Assembly: GCF_000283555.1 (NCBI RefSeq)
Contig: NC_016012.1
Location: forward strand, 750,001-782,000
Direction of reading: 5' to 3'
DNA length: 32,000 nt
From: Candidatus Arthromitus sp. SFB-rat-Yit
GTDB lineage: Bacteria > Bacillota > Clostridia > Clostridiales > Clostridiaceae
The position numbers were made by a program, and so were the translations under genes. The notes beneath the pieces were generated by a model that saw only the letters and a program-made list of their open reading frames with translations, had not been told where the DNA came from and ran no database searches. This document shows, one piece after another, positions 1 to 8,005 of the stretch; position 1 is the first letter of the stretch; each line of letters opens with the position of its first letter.

Positions 1-192
1 TTATTTCTAGACAGTCACCCCCCCCCCCCGCCAAAACTTGCAATTTGTGTTTATCACGGGTATGATGACCTCTGGCGTATTCCATCATTGATCGATAACA
101 TGAATCCGAACTATGAAATGTATTTGAGACACTACGGTGGTAATTTGATTCCAACAGAATTTGTGTTACTTTGTCGTCCACGAAAAAACTGA
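1..192 (+). CDS. 3' fragment of an FkbM-family SAM-dependent methyltransferase-like protein (5' truncated by the window edge; frame across the poly-C tract uncertain)
   Basis: Frame with codons starting at 31 reads PKLAICVYHGYDDLWRIPSLIDNMNPNYEMYLRHYGGNLIPTEFVLLCRPRKN* (TGA 190-192), resembling the FkbM C-terminal pattern (PKLAI.VYH..EDLW.IP..I....P.Y.LYLRHY). Not in the supplied ORF track because it is partial. Confidence 0.6.
   Translation, partial: LFLDSHPPPPPKLAICVYHGYDDLWRIPSLIDNMNPNYEMYLRHYGGNLIPTEFVLLCRPRKN
18..29 (+). repeat. Homopolymeric C tract, 12 nt
   Basis: Direct reading: tca-CCCCCCCCCCCC-gccaaaa, in an AT-rich window. Confidence 0.95.
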
Positions 193-233
193 TTCCTAAA
201 AATATCTAAAACTTTTAATATTTTTATAATTTT

Positions 234-275
234 ATCGATCTGCAATACTAATATTATTAAACCTTGCAGATCGAT
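234..275. terminator. Hairpin between convergent genes, probable bidirectional terminator
   Basis: Perfect 12-bp arms ATCGATCTGCAA (234-245) and TTGCAGATCGAT (264-275), 18-nt loop; U/A-rich flanks; lies between the + FkbM fragment and the - ORF 287-649. Confidence 0.6.
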
Positions 276-286
276 TATTTGTTGTA

Positions 287-649
287 TTATAAATTAATGT
301 TTAAATGATTAAGTCCCACGATTATATCGGATATTTTCATATATTTAAAATTAAAATTTTCGTCTACTTTTTTAAATTGATCTATTTCGTAGAAATAATT
401 TTTAAATTCATTTTTGCCAAAAATATATCGACACCTACTGAAATCATACGAAATTTCATTTATGTAATTATCCAAAATATTTTTCTTTAGTTGATCCTGT
501 GAAAATTTTATATATGTAAGATTATCATGATTCATATCTATATCAAAAGATTTATTGATTTTTATTTCTTCCAAGTCATTAATAATACTATAATTAAATT
601 TCATACTACCATTATTTAAATAACTATCATTTATTAAACAATAAAACAT
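287..649 (-). CDS. Hypothetical protein, 120 aa
   Basis: Open frame from the ORF track; no recognised motifs; same strand as downstream genes. Confidence 0.45.
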   Translation of the reverse strand: MFYCLINDSYLNNGSMKFNYSIINDLEEIKINKSFDIDMNHDNLTYIKFSQDQLKKNILDNYINEISYDFSRCRYIFGKNEFKNYFYEIDQFKKVDENFNFKYMKISDIIVGLNHLNINL

Positions 650-810
650 AAAACTGTACCTGACTTTCTAAAAATAAATAATGCTAATATTATATTCATA
701 TTTTTTTTATTTATTATTGTAAATTTTAACACGCTTGTTATTTAATTTAAGAAAAATTTATGGGGAAGATAGTAAATAAAAGAAACTAATCCATCTATCT
801 TATATAAAAA

Positions 811-836
811 GGCATAGTCGTAATAACGACTATGCC
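811..836 (-). terminator. Rho-independent terminator of the N-glycan operon
   Basis: Perfect 10-bp stem GGCATAGTCG/CGACTATGCC with 6-nt loop; on the minus strand followed by TTTTT; 15 bp beyond the GH85 stop codon. Confidence 0.9.
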
Positions 837-850
837 GATATTTTATAAAT

Positions 851-3697
851 TTATTTTTCAATTCCACCTACTTCGATTTCATAAATTCTAACAGCAGAGT
901 CTGAACCTTGCGTTGGTTTTGTAGCTGTTACTCTTACATATCTTGCAAAAATTGCTTTAAATGTATCTACTGTATTAGAATTAGAATTTTTCTTAACATT
1001 AACAACTTCAGTAAAATTAGTTCCATCTTCACTAACTTCTATAGTGTAATCTGATGTATTCATGGAATCACTTTCTCCACCAGCCTCAGCATGAGCCATT
1101 TTAACTTCACTAACAAGAGCTACATTGCCAAGATCAACTGTTATACTGTGAGGAGGTGTTCCAGTAGCACACCATTTTGTATCTAGCTTTCCATCAAAAG
1201 CAAAGTTTGGAGCTTCATTTGCATTAACAAAGCTTGATGCTTCTGCATTCTTTGAATTAGATAAATTTTTGAAGTTATCTGCATCTTTTGTTACAGTTAT
1301 ATACTCTTCTAGTACTTTTACATTTTCTCCAGAAGAATTTTTAGCTTTTAATGAAACTTTGTACGTTCCCTCATTTTCATATTTTACTTTTGGTGAAAGA
1401 TCAGTGCTAGTTTGGATATTTGCTCCTTCAAATATCCATTCTAAATTTTCAGTAACTTTTGAACTTAAACTTGTAAATGTTATTTCTTCACCTGGTGAAA
1501 CGAGTGTTTTTGAAGCTGTAAAATCTGCCTTAGGTATACTATTATTTGGCCACTCTATTTTAGTTCTAATACCTTTTCCTCTAGACAAATCATTGTTTAC
1601 AGCTACAACTTCTAAAGTTGTGGTGTTTGAATTATTATCTCTTGGTAATGCATTTATAAAGTAATTTTCATTAATTGAGGCACCTAAAAATGTTAAAGAC
1701 TCATCCTCATTTACTTTATAAATTTCATACTGCTTAACATCTTTTTTATTTGATGCATTAAATGAAAGTCTAACTCCTGCATATAGATCTTCTTCTTCAA
1801 ATACAACATCATCAACATTTACTGATGTAATATCTAAAACGTTTACTTTTTTAGAATCTGTTATGCTTATATTTCCAAAATTAATGTTTATATTATTACT
1901 ATCTTTATCGCTTAAAATTTTATAAGATATCGAACGTATAGTTTTTCCAGAAAATTTTGATACATCGAAACCAACTTTTACCCACTCACTGGAAACATTT
2001 TTATTTCCTTTAATTTCTTCAGAACTTCCATCATCAAAATCAAGAACTAAACTTACTGAAACATCAGAAGTAGAAGAAAGAGTAGTTGTAAATTGAGTAT
2101 CATTTTCTATCTTTAAATCTGAGCTAAATAATTTTATTTCAGTAGGAGTATTTGCTTTTATATTACCTGATAATTTTATTGAATTTCCTCCATAATAGGC
2201 TTTAGAATAATCTATTGAAGCTTTAAAAGTATTTCCTTCTCCATTATTTATAATCCATCTATAAGTTGGCATAATATCAGCAAGACTTCGATTGTTCCAA
2301 TCCATTGATGAAACTTTTTCACCATTTATAAAATAGTTATATCCATTACCTATATTAAAGTTTGTTGTGAATGGTAATGAATTAACTACTGTTTTTTCAA
2401 CAGCATAATTAGACATTCCTACAAATCCAGTATTTTCGGTAGTTGTTCTTGGATCTCCGACATCATTAACCCATAAACGATTTTCTTTAACCATAAATTC
2501 ATCTAAGTTATTAGAAGAAAAGAAGGTCCAGCTTGGACAATATATACCTAATGAAGTATAAGGTGAATTTTTATCATCAGTTAAAAGATCCCAGCGTATT
2601 TGAGTGTTTGTACCATTTGCTTGTATGTCTATACCAGCGTATAAATCGTATGGATTAAGTCCAAGAGAGGTTGCTCTTAGATTAGATGCTTTTAAAAGTT
2701 CTTGTTCAGCCAAACGATTTGTTGTCCACCAAAAGTTTAAAAACATACTATCAGCAACTTTTTCCTTGTTTGAATCGATAAGGAAATAATCATTTTTCTC
2801 AGTTAATGCGTTTTGCCAGTCCATCTCTCCATCTTTTGTTAGAGAATCATACCACATAATTTCATAGTCAGATTTTTTATTAAACTCTCGTATAAATTCC
2901 TGCATAAGTTCAGCGTGAGCTTTTGTGATTTTTGCACCTTCTTTTGCTGTTTCAGTTTGATCTATGAAATCATTTTGTTTAATAGTAAGACCTGTTTCTT
3001 GATTTATAAACCATCCATCAAATCCTAAAACTTCGCAAACTTCAATTAGTTTATCAATCATTGGGAAATTTCCATTTTCGTCCTTTGTCAAAAATTGATC
3101 AACCCACTCAGCTTTTCCACCATGTTCTGTTGTTGGAAAGAATACAGTTCCTAAAACAGGAACTCCATTTTTATGAGCTGAGTTAATAACGTCTGCACTT
3201 GGGGGAACTATTATTCCTTCACCTGAAGATCCCCCCCAATAAACTAACTTATCTATATATTGCCAATAAGAAAACGTATTGGAGGCAAATTTGTTTAATC
3301 CTTGTGGGGAATTTCCACTTGTGCTTTCATTCATTATAGATAAGGCAACAATTTTAAAATCTTTATTTTGATTATTGTTTACTGTCTGAAGATTTTCTTT
3401 AGCAACTCGTGTAGCTAAAGGGATAGTAGATTTATTAAAATTAATATTTTTATCTGTTGTTGAATCCCAATTTAGTAGTTCTTCAGGAAACCAAAAAGGA
3501 GCTATTGGCATATTAGACATTTTTAATTTTTCTGCTTCTTCCGCCTCTCCAGTTACTCTATAATTTGCCTTTGAAATATTATTTGTACTTATGTTTGCAT
3601 TTTTATTACTGCAAGCTATAAAAGCAATAGCCAAAAACATTGATATAGCAATAATCTTTTTTAATTTTCCTCTAATCATTGTTACCATTACCTCCAA
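851..3697 (-). CDS. Lipoprotein endo-beta-N-acetylglucosaminidase, GH85 catalytic domain plus C-terminal PKD-like and F5/8 type C (CBM32-like) domains
   Basis: Lipobox-like signal (IAISMFLAIAFIACSNKN); GH85 segments FPTTEHGGKAEWVDQF, YWGGSSGEGIIVPPSADVI and LGFDGWFINQET (EndoD-like N-x-E motif); PKD-like segment PKADFTASKTLVSPGEEITFTS...YENEGTYKVSLKAKNSSG; discoidin-like segment AFDGKLDTKWCATGTPPHSITVDLG...ARYVRVTATK. True start probably the internal Met of MIRGKLKK. Confidence 0.93.
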   Translation of the reverse strand: MEVMVTMIRGKLKKIIAISMFLAIAFIACSNKNANISTNNISKANYRVTGEAEEAEKLKMSNMPIAPFWFPEELLNWDSTTDKNINFNKSTIPLATRVAKENLQTVNNNQNKDFKIVALSIMNESTSGNSPQGLNKFASNTFSYWQYIDKLVYWGGSSGEGIIVPPSADVINSAHKNGVPVLGTVFFPTTEHGGKAEWVDQFLTKDENGNFPMIDKLIEVCEVLGFDGWFINQETGLTIKQNDFIDQTETAKEGAKITKAHAELMQEFIREFNKKSDYEIMWYDSLTKDGEMDWQNALTEKNDYFLIDSNKEKVADSMFLNFWWTTNRLAEQELLKASNLRATSLGLNPYDLYAGIDIQANGTNTQIRWDLLTDDKNSPYTSLGIYCPSWTFFSSNNLDEFMVKENRLWVNDVGDPRTTTENTGFVGMSNYAVEKTVVNSLPFTTNFNIGNGYNYFINGEKVSSMDWNNRSLADIMPTYRWIINNGEGNTFKASIDYSKAYYGGNSIKLSGNIKANTPTEIKLFSSDLKIENDTQFTTTLSSTSDVSVSLVLDFDDGSSEEIKGNKNVSSEWVKVGFDVSKFSGKTIRSISYKILSDKDSNNININFGNISITDSKKVNVLDITSVNVDDVVFEEEDLYAGVRLSFNASNKKDVKQYEIYKVNEDESLTFLGASINENYFINALPRDNNSNTTTLEVVAVNNDLSRGKGIRTKIEWPNNSIPKADFTASKTLVSPGEEITFTSLSSKVTENLEWIFEGANIQTSTDLSPKVKYENEGTYKVSLKAKNSSGENVKVLEEYITVTKDADNFKNLSNSKNAEASSFVNANEAPNFAFDGKLDTKWCATGTPPHSITVDLGNVALVSEVKMAHAEAGGESDSMNTSDYTIEVSEDGTNFTEVVNVKKNSNSNTVDTFKAIFARYVRVTATKPTQGSDSAVRIYEIEVGGIEK

Positions 3698-3717
3698 AAA
3701 TTTTAATAATTAAATAT

Positions 3718-4659
3718 TTATTTAGATTCTGTTATGGCAAGTGCAATAGCACCTAAAACCCCAATCTTTGATCCTAAATTAGATTTCATTATCTTGCAAT
3801 TTCTAAATATTGGCCCCAAGCATCTTTTTTCCATTTCGTTTCTGATGATATTAAACATCAAATCACCACTTTCACTAATTCCACCACCTATTATTATTAA
3901 ATCTGGATCTAGTATATTGGTATAATTTGACACTGCTACACCTAAATAACTCATAGCTGTTTCAATTATTTCTAAAGAAACTTTATCACCTTTATTTGCT
4001 TCAATAAATAATTCTTTTGATGTTACATTTTCATAATTTTTTAATGAAGTTTCAACTCTACTTGATACGGCATCTCTTGCTATTTTCATCATAGCAGTAC
4101 CAGATGACATAGCTTCAACACAGCCAATGTTACCACAACCACATCTTCTACCATGAATAGCTACTGTTGTATGTCCGATTTCTAGTGCGTTTGAAGTGCT
4201 TCCTCGATATATTTTTCCATCTAAAATAGCACCTCCTCCTATTCCTGTGCTAACTGTAATATAAAGCATATTATTTGTTCCTTTTCCAGAACCAAATGTG
4301 TATTCAGCTAAAGTAGCAACATTTGCATCATTATCTAAATAAACATCTATATTGAATTCATTAAATAATGTACTAACTATAGGGAAATTAAGAAATGGCA
4401 AATTAGCAGGTTCAGCAATTAATCCATTTTTAATATCTAATGGACCTGGAGAGCCTATACCTATTGCTTTTATTTTAGATTTATCTACATCTTTCATAAC
4501 GTAGTTAATACTATCTTTTATTTTTTGTACTATTTGTTCTTCTCCCTTTTCTGCTTCTGTCTTTAATATTATTTCATTAATAAATTTTCCATTTTTATCG
4601 CATAAAGCAGTGTAAATTTTTGTTCCTCCCAAATCAACGCCAATATACAAATTACTCAT
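3718..4659 (-). CDS. ROK-family sugar kinase
   Basis: MSNLYIGVDLGGTKIYTALCD; glycine-rich GIGSPGPLD; zinc-binding-like GHTTVAIHGRRCGCGNIGCVEAMSSG. Start assigned at MSNLYIG (CAT 4657-4659) with an upstream AGGAGG-type RBS rather than the longer ORF-track start. Confidence 0.93.
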   Translation of the reverse strand: MSNLYIGVDLGGTKIYTALCDKNGKFINEIILKTEAEKGEEQIVQKIKDSINYVMKDVDKSKIKAIGIGSPGPLDIKNGLIAEPANLPFLNFPIVSTLFNEFNIDVYLDNDANVATLAEYTFGSGKGTNNMLYITVSTGIGGGAILDGKIYRGSTSNALEIGHTTVAIHGRRCGCGNIGCVEAMSSGTAMMKIARDAVSSRVETSLKNYENVTSKELFIEANKGDKVSLEIIETAMSYLGVAVSNYTNILDPDLIIIGGGISESGDLMFNIIRNEMEKRCLGPIFRNCKIMKSNLGSKIGVLGAIALAITESK

Positions 4660-4669
4660 TTTGACCTCC

Positions 4670-5782
4670 TTAAAAAATTGTATTTTGTTCAACTTCATCA
4701 AACAAATGAATTTTACTAATATCCATTACAAATTTGATTTTGTCATTAGAAATATTTATATTGTCAGATGTATTTGTTCGAATAACCATATTTCTACTTC
4801 CAGCTTTTGCATAAATATAAGTTTCAGCTCCAAGATTTTCCGTAATATCTATATCAAGCTCAAAAATTGTATTAGAATTTTTTTGAATATTTTCTTCTTT
4901 ACAACTAATATTTTCAGGTCTAATTCCAACTATAACTTTAGTGTTAGATTTATTTGTATTTTTTAAAATATTTGATTTATCCTGTGGCAATAGGATTTCT
5001 TTATCTAAAACTTTAAGTATAACATCATTACCTTTTTCATAAGTTTCACCATATAAAATGTTCATTTGAGGGCTTCCAATGAAACTAGCAACAAATAAAT
5101 TTGCAGGATGATCATATATACGTTTTGGTGTATCAACCTGTTGTATAATCCCATTATTCATTACAACTATTCTAGTACCAAGTGTCATAGCTTCTGTTTG
5201 ATCATGAGTAACATAAATAAAAGTTGTTTTTAATTGATTATATAATTTTGCAATTTCTGTTCTCATTTGAACTCTTAATTTTGCATCTAGATTAGATAGA
5301 GGTTCATCCATTAAAAAAACTTTAGGGTGTCTAACTATGGCACGACCCATAGCAACTCTTTGTCTTTGACCTCCTGATAAAGCTTTTGGCTTTCTATCTA
5401 GTAGGTGTTCTATATCTAAAATTTTAGCAGCTTCACGAACTTTTTTATCGATTTCATTCTTTGGAATTTTTCTGAGTTTAAGTGCAAAAGCCATATTTCC
5501 GTAAACTGTCATATGAGGATATAAAGCATAATTTTGGAATACCATTGCAATATCTCTATCTTTAGGAGCTATATCATTTACTAAAACATTGTCTATGTAT
5601 AACTCACCTCCAGAAATTTCTTCAAGGCCAGCAATCATTCTTAAAGTAGTTGATTTACCACATCCTGAAGGGCCTACAAATACTATAAATTCTCTATCTT
5701 CTATTTCTAAATTAAAATTATTTACAGCTTTATATCCATTTTCATAAATTTTATCTATATTTTTCAACAATAATCCTGCCAT
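4670..5782 (-). CDS. Sugar ABC transporter ATP-binding protein, MsmX/UgpC type
   Basis: Walker [11 protein letters not shown], signature [37 protein letters not shown]-loop [14 protein letters not shown]-terminal OB-like domain ([10 protein letters not shown]). Start chosen at MAGLLLKN. Confidence 0.93.
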   Translation of the reverse strand: MAGLLLKNIDKIYENGYKAVNNFNLEIEDREFIVFVGPSGCGKSTTLRMIAGLEEISGGELYIDNVLVNDIAPKDRDIAMVFQNYALYPHMTVYGNMAFALKLRKIPKNEIDKKVREAAKILDIEHLLDRKPKALSGGQRQRVAMGRAIVRHPKVFLMDEPLSNLDAKLRVQMRTEIAKLYNQLKTTFIYVTHDQTEAMTLGTRIVVMNNGIIQQVDTPKRIYDHPANLFVASFIGSPQMNILYGETYEKGNDVILKVLDKEILLPQDKSNILKNTNKSNTKVIVGIRPENISCKEENIQKNSNTIFELDIDITENLGAETYIYAKAGSRNMVIRTNTSDNINISNDKIKFVMDISKIHLFDEVEQNTIF

Positions 5783-5810
5783 AATAATCATCTCCCTAAA
5801 ATTTAAATAT

Positions 5811-6320
5811 TTATTTTAAAAAATCCAGATTTTGTTTGAAAATCGTAGGATTAATTTTCTCACACATTTTCTGAAGATTTTTATCCATTGCAAGTTTATA
5901 ACCAATTAAATCAGAGTTATATTTTCTTACAATTAAAATTTTTTCTGTTAATTTTTGTGTTGTAGTTCCACTTAATGTTAAATTAATAATTTTCACTTTT
6001 TTATTTGTATGTAGGTCTGAAGTTTTAACTTCAATTACTTCCTTAATATTTATATTAGCTACTATTTTTCTACGTTTTTTATTAAATATCTTTGATACAA
6101 CTAATTCGTTTTCAGTCAACTCGTACTCAAATTCTATAAATTTGTTACGTGCAACTATTGAAACTATAACGTAAACAAAAAAAGTTAACATTGCTATAAT
6201 TTTTCCAAGAAAAATCAAATTAAGTAATGTGAGAACTAATAGTGCTTGTTTTGCTGATTCGACTTTCTTTCTCTTAAAATCATAATCTTTGGTTAGAAAC
6301 TGTTCGTAGAAAATATCCAC
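5811..6320 (-). CDS. Small membrane protein of unknown function (169 aa, possibly PH-like/DUF6106-like)
   Basis: Paired hydrophobic segment ([31 protein letters not shown]), then a beta-rich soluble part; embedded between the SBP and ATPase genes. Confidence 0.6.
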   Translation of the reverse strand: MDIFYEQFLTKDYDFKRKKVESAKQALLVLTLLNLIFLGKIIAMLTFFVYVIVSIVARNKFIEFEYELTENELVVSKIFNKKRRKIVANINIKEVIEVKTSDLHTNKKVKIINLTLSGTTTQKLTEKILIVRKYNSDLIGYKLAMDKNLQKMCEKINPTIFKQNLDFLK

Positions 6321-6354
6321 ATTCTCACTTCTTTCATTTAAAGTATAATAAAAG

Positions 6355-6390
6355 GAGATATAAATTCAATAAAATGAATAAATATCTCCC
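6355..6390 (-). promoter_or_regulatory. Intercistronic hairpin downstream of the SBP gene (mRNA-stabilising element or partial terminator)
   Basis: Outer 8-bp stem GGAGATAT/ATATCTCC with a 4-bp inner TTCA/TGAA helix, between the SBP stop and the next ORF; followed on the minus strand by TTTTATTATACTTT. Confidence 0.5.
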
Positions 6391-6408
6391 CTTTCAAAAT
6401 ATTAATCT

Positions 6409-7884
6409 TTAATTTTTATTAGCTTTCCACTGATTAATTTGTGATTGCATCTCATTAATTACTTTATCAATTCCTTGTTCTTTTAGTTTAGTATTCAACT
6501 TAGTTAAATACTCATCAACATCAACAGAACCACTATATAAAGTTGATTTAAATTCTTCAAGTACATTGTTAATAGCTGCAAGTTCACTAGATACTTTAGA
6601 AGCATCAAACTTGAATCCTAATGCTGGAGATACGTTAGCATTATCGTTAAACTCTTTAAATTCTTGCCATTTTGTATCAGGCTCGCTATCCAACGTATAA
6701 GTTATAAACATATTTCCTAATCCAAAATAAGGAATTTCATATCTACGTTGATCTTGATTAAGAAGTTTAATGCTATTTTCAGATACCTTTTCATAATGAA
6801 CACCATCTATACCATAGTTAAGAAGATTTCTTAAAGTTTTATCTGTATTCAATAATGTTAAAAATTCAAATGCCTTTTCTTTATTCTTAGAATTTTGAGA
6901 TATTGCTATTAATGCTCCAGTTGATGATGCATTTGTAATTAATGTATTTACTATTGGAGATGCTACAACATCATATTTTAAATCTTTTGACCATATTTGT
7001 TCGGCATAAGGCTGACCATCACCTTTAGTTACAAGTCTTTTAACTGATTTATCATCTTGAGCTGTTGCTGAATCAGCATTTATATATCCAAGTTGATAAT
7101 ATCTTCTTAGAGTTTCTAAAGATTTTTTCATTTCAGCTGTTTCAAACATGTTCCTGATTGTAAGGGTTTGATCATCTGATAAAATACCAACTGGATCTAC
7201 CAATTGATCAAAAAATACAGTATAGGAGAATCCTTTAGTTATATATAATGGAACAACTCCAGGTTCATTTTCTTTAATAACTTTTAACCATGGCTCCAAA
7301 TCTTCTAAAGAATGGAGAGTTTGATAAGGTATATTATATTTATCTACATATTCTTTTGTAAACACCCACATAGGTGCTACTCCTAATTCTTTTTGATTAG
7401 GAACTCCATATATCTTACCATCTATAGATGCCCCATCCCAAAATCTTTGATCAATTGTTTTATATAATAGACTTCCAGACTCAGTGTTTAGCATGTTATC
7501 TAATTCCAAAAATGCACCTTTTCGAGAATTACCTAAATAATCACCTGCCCATGAACAAGTAAATGCTAAATCATAATTTTCACCAGAGTTTATAATAACA
7601 GACATTTTTTGAGTATAATCACCAAAATCTATAAACTTCATGTTTAAATTTACATTTATTTTTTCTTCTAAGTATTTATTAACTTCTGTGATAACTTGCT
7701 TATAGTCTTTAGGTTCAATACCTATCGTATACCAAGTTAATTCAGTAATTTTTTGACCATTCGATCCAACTTTATTCGAATTGTTTCCGCAACTTGTGAA
7801 GAAAGTTAATGTCATTATAAAGAATAATGCTACTGATATTGAAGTTATAAATTTCTTGGTTTTAATACCTCTTATTAATTTCAT
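6409..7884 (-). CDS. Extracellular solute-binding lipoprotein of a CUT1 oligosaccharide ABC transporter
   Basis: Signal/lipobox ISVALFFIMTLTFFTSCGNNSN; solute-binding features (AFTCSWAGDYLGNSRKGAFLELDNML, NKEKAFEFLTLLNTDKTLRNLLNYG); gene context. Confidence 0.9.
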   Translation of the reverse strand: MKLIRGIKTKKFITSISVALFFIMTLTFFTSCGNNSNKVGSNGQKITELTWYTIGIEPKDYKQVITEVNKYLEEKINVNLNMKFIDFGDYTQKMSVIINSGENYDLAFTCSWAGDYLGNSRKGAFLELDNMLNTESGSLLYKTIDQRFWDGASIDGKIYGVPNQKELGVAPMWVFTKEYVDKYNIPYQTLHSLEDLEPWLKVIKENEPGVVPLYITKGFSYTVFFDQLVDPVGILSDDQTLTIRNMFETAEMKKSLETLRRYYQLGYINADSATAQDDKSVKRLVTKGDGQPYAEQIWSKDLKYDVVASPIVNTLITNASSTGALIAISQNSKNKEKAFEFLTLLNTDKTLRNLLNYGIDGVHYEKVSENSIKLLNQDQRRYEIPYFGLGNMFITYTLDSEPDTKWQEFKEFNDNANVSPALGFKFDASKVSSELAAINNVLEEFKSTLYSGSVDVDEYLTKLNTKLKEQGIDKVINEMQSQINQWKANKN

Positions 7885-7921
7885 TTATATTTACTCCTTT
7901 CAGTAAGATTAGAAAGAGTTT

Positions 7922-7935
7922 AAATAACGTTTACA
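7922..7935 (-). promoter_or_regulatory. Candidate CcpA cre-like site upstream of the SBP gene
   Basis: Minus strand TGTAAACGTTATTT agrees with the cre consensus TGWAANCGNTNWCA except for the last two bases. Confidence 0.3.
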
Positions 7936-7940
7936 CACAA

Positions 7941-7946
7941 ATTATA
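7941..7946 (-). promoter_or_regulatory. Candidate -10 (TATAAT) of an internal promoter for the SBP gene
   Basis: Minus strand reads GTGATATAATTTGTGTG; no convincing -35 at 17 bp (ATAAGG). Confidence 0.35.
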
Positions 7947-8005
7947 TCACGAAAATTAATTATCCTTATAGTGTACTTTTTATATATTTAGTTAAAAAAA
8001 TTCTA

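Noticed and set aside
1269-1664. Plus-strand 131-aa ORF antisense to the GH85 gene
   Set aside because: Lies entirely inside a strongly supported minus-strand CDS; composition looks like a reverse frame of coding DNA, with no recognisable motif.
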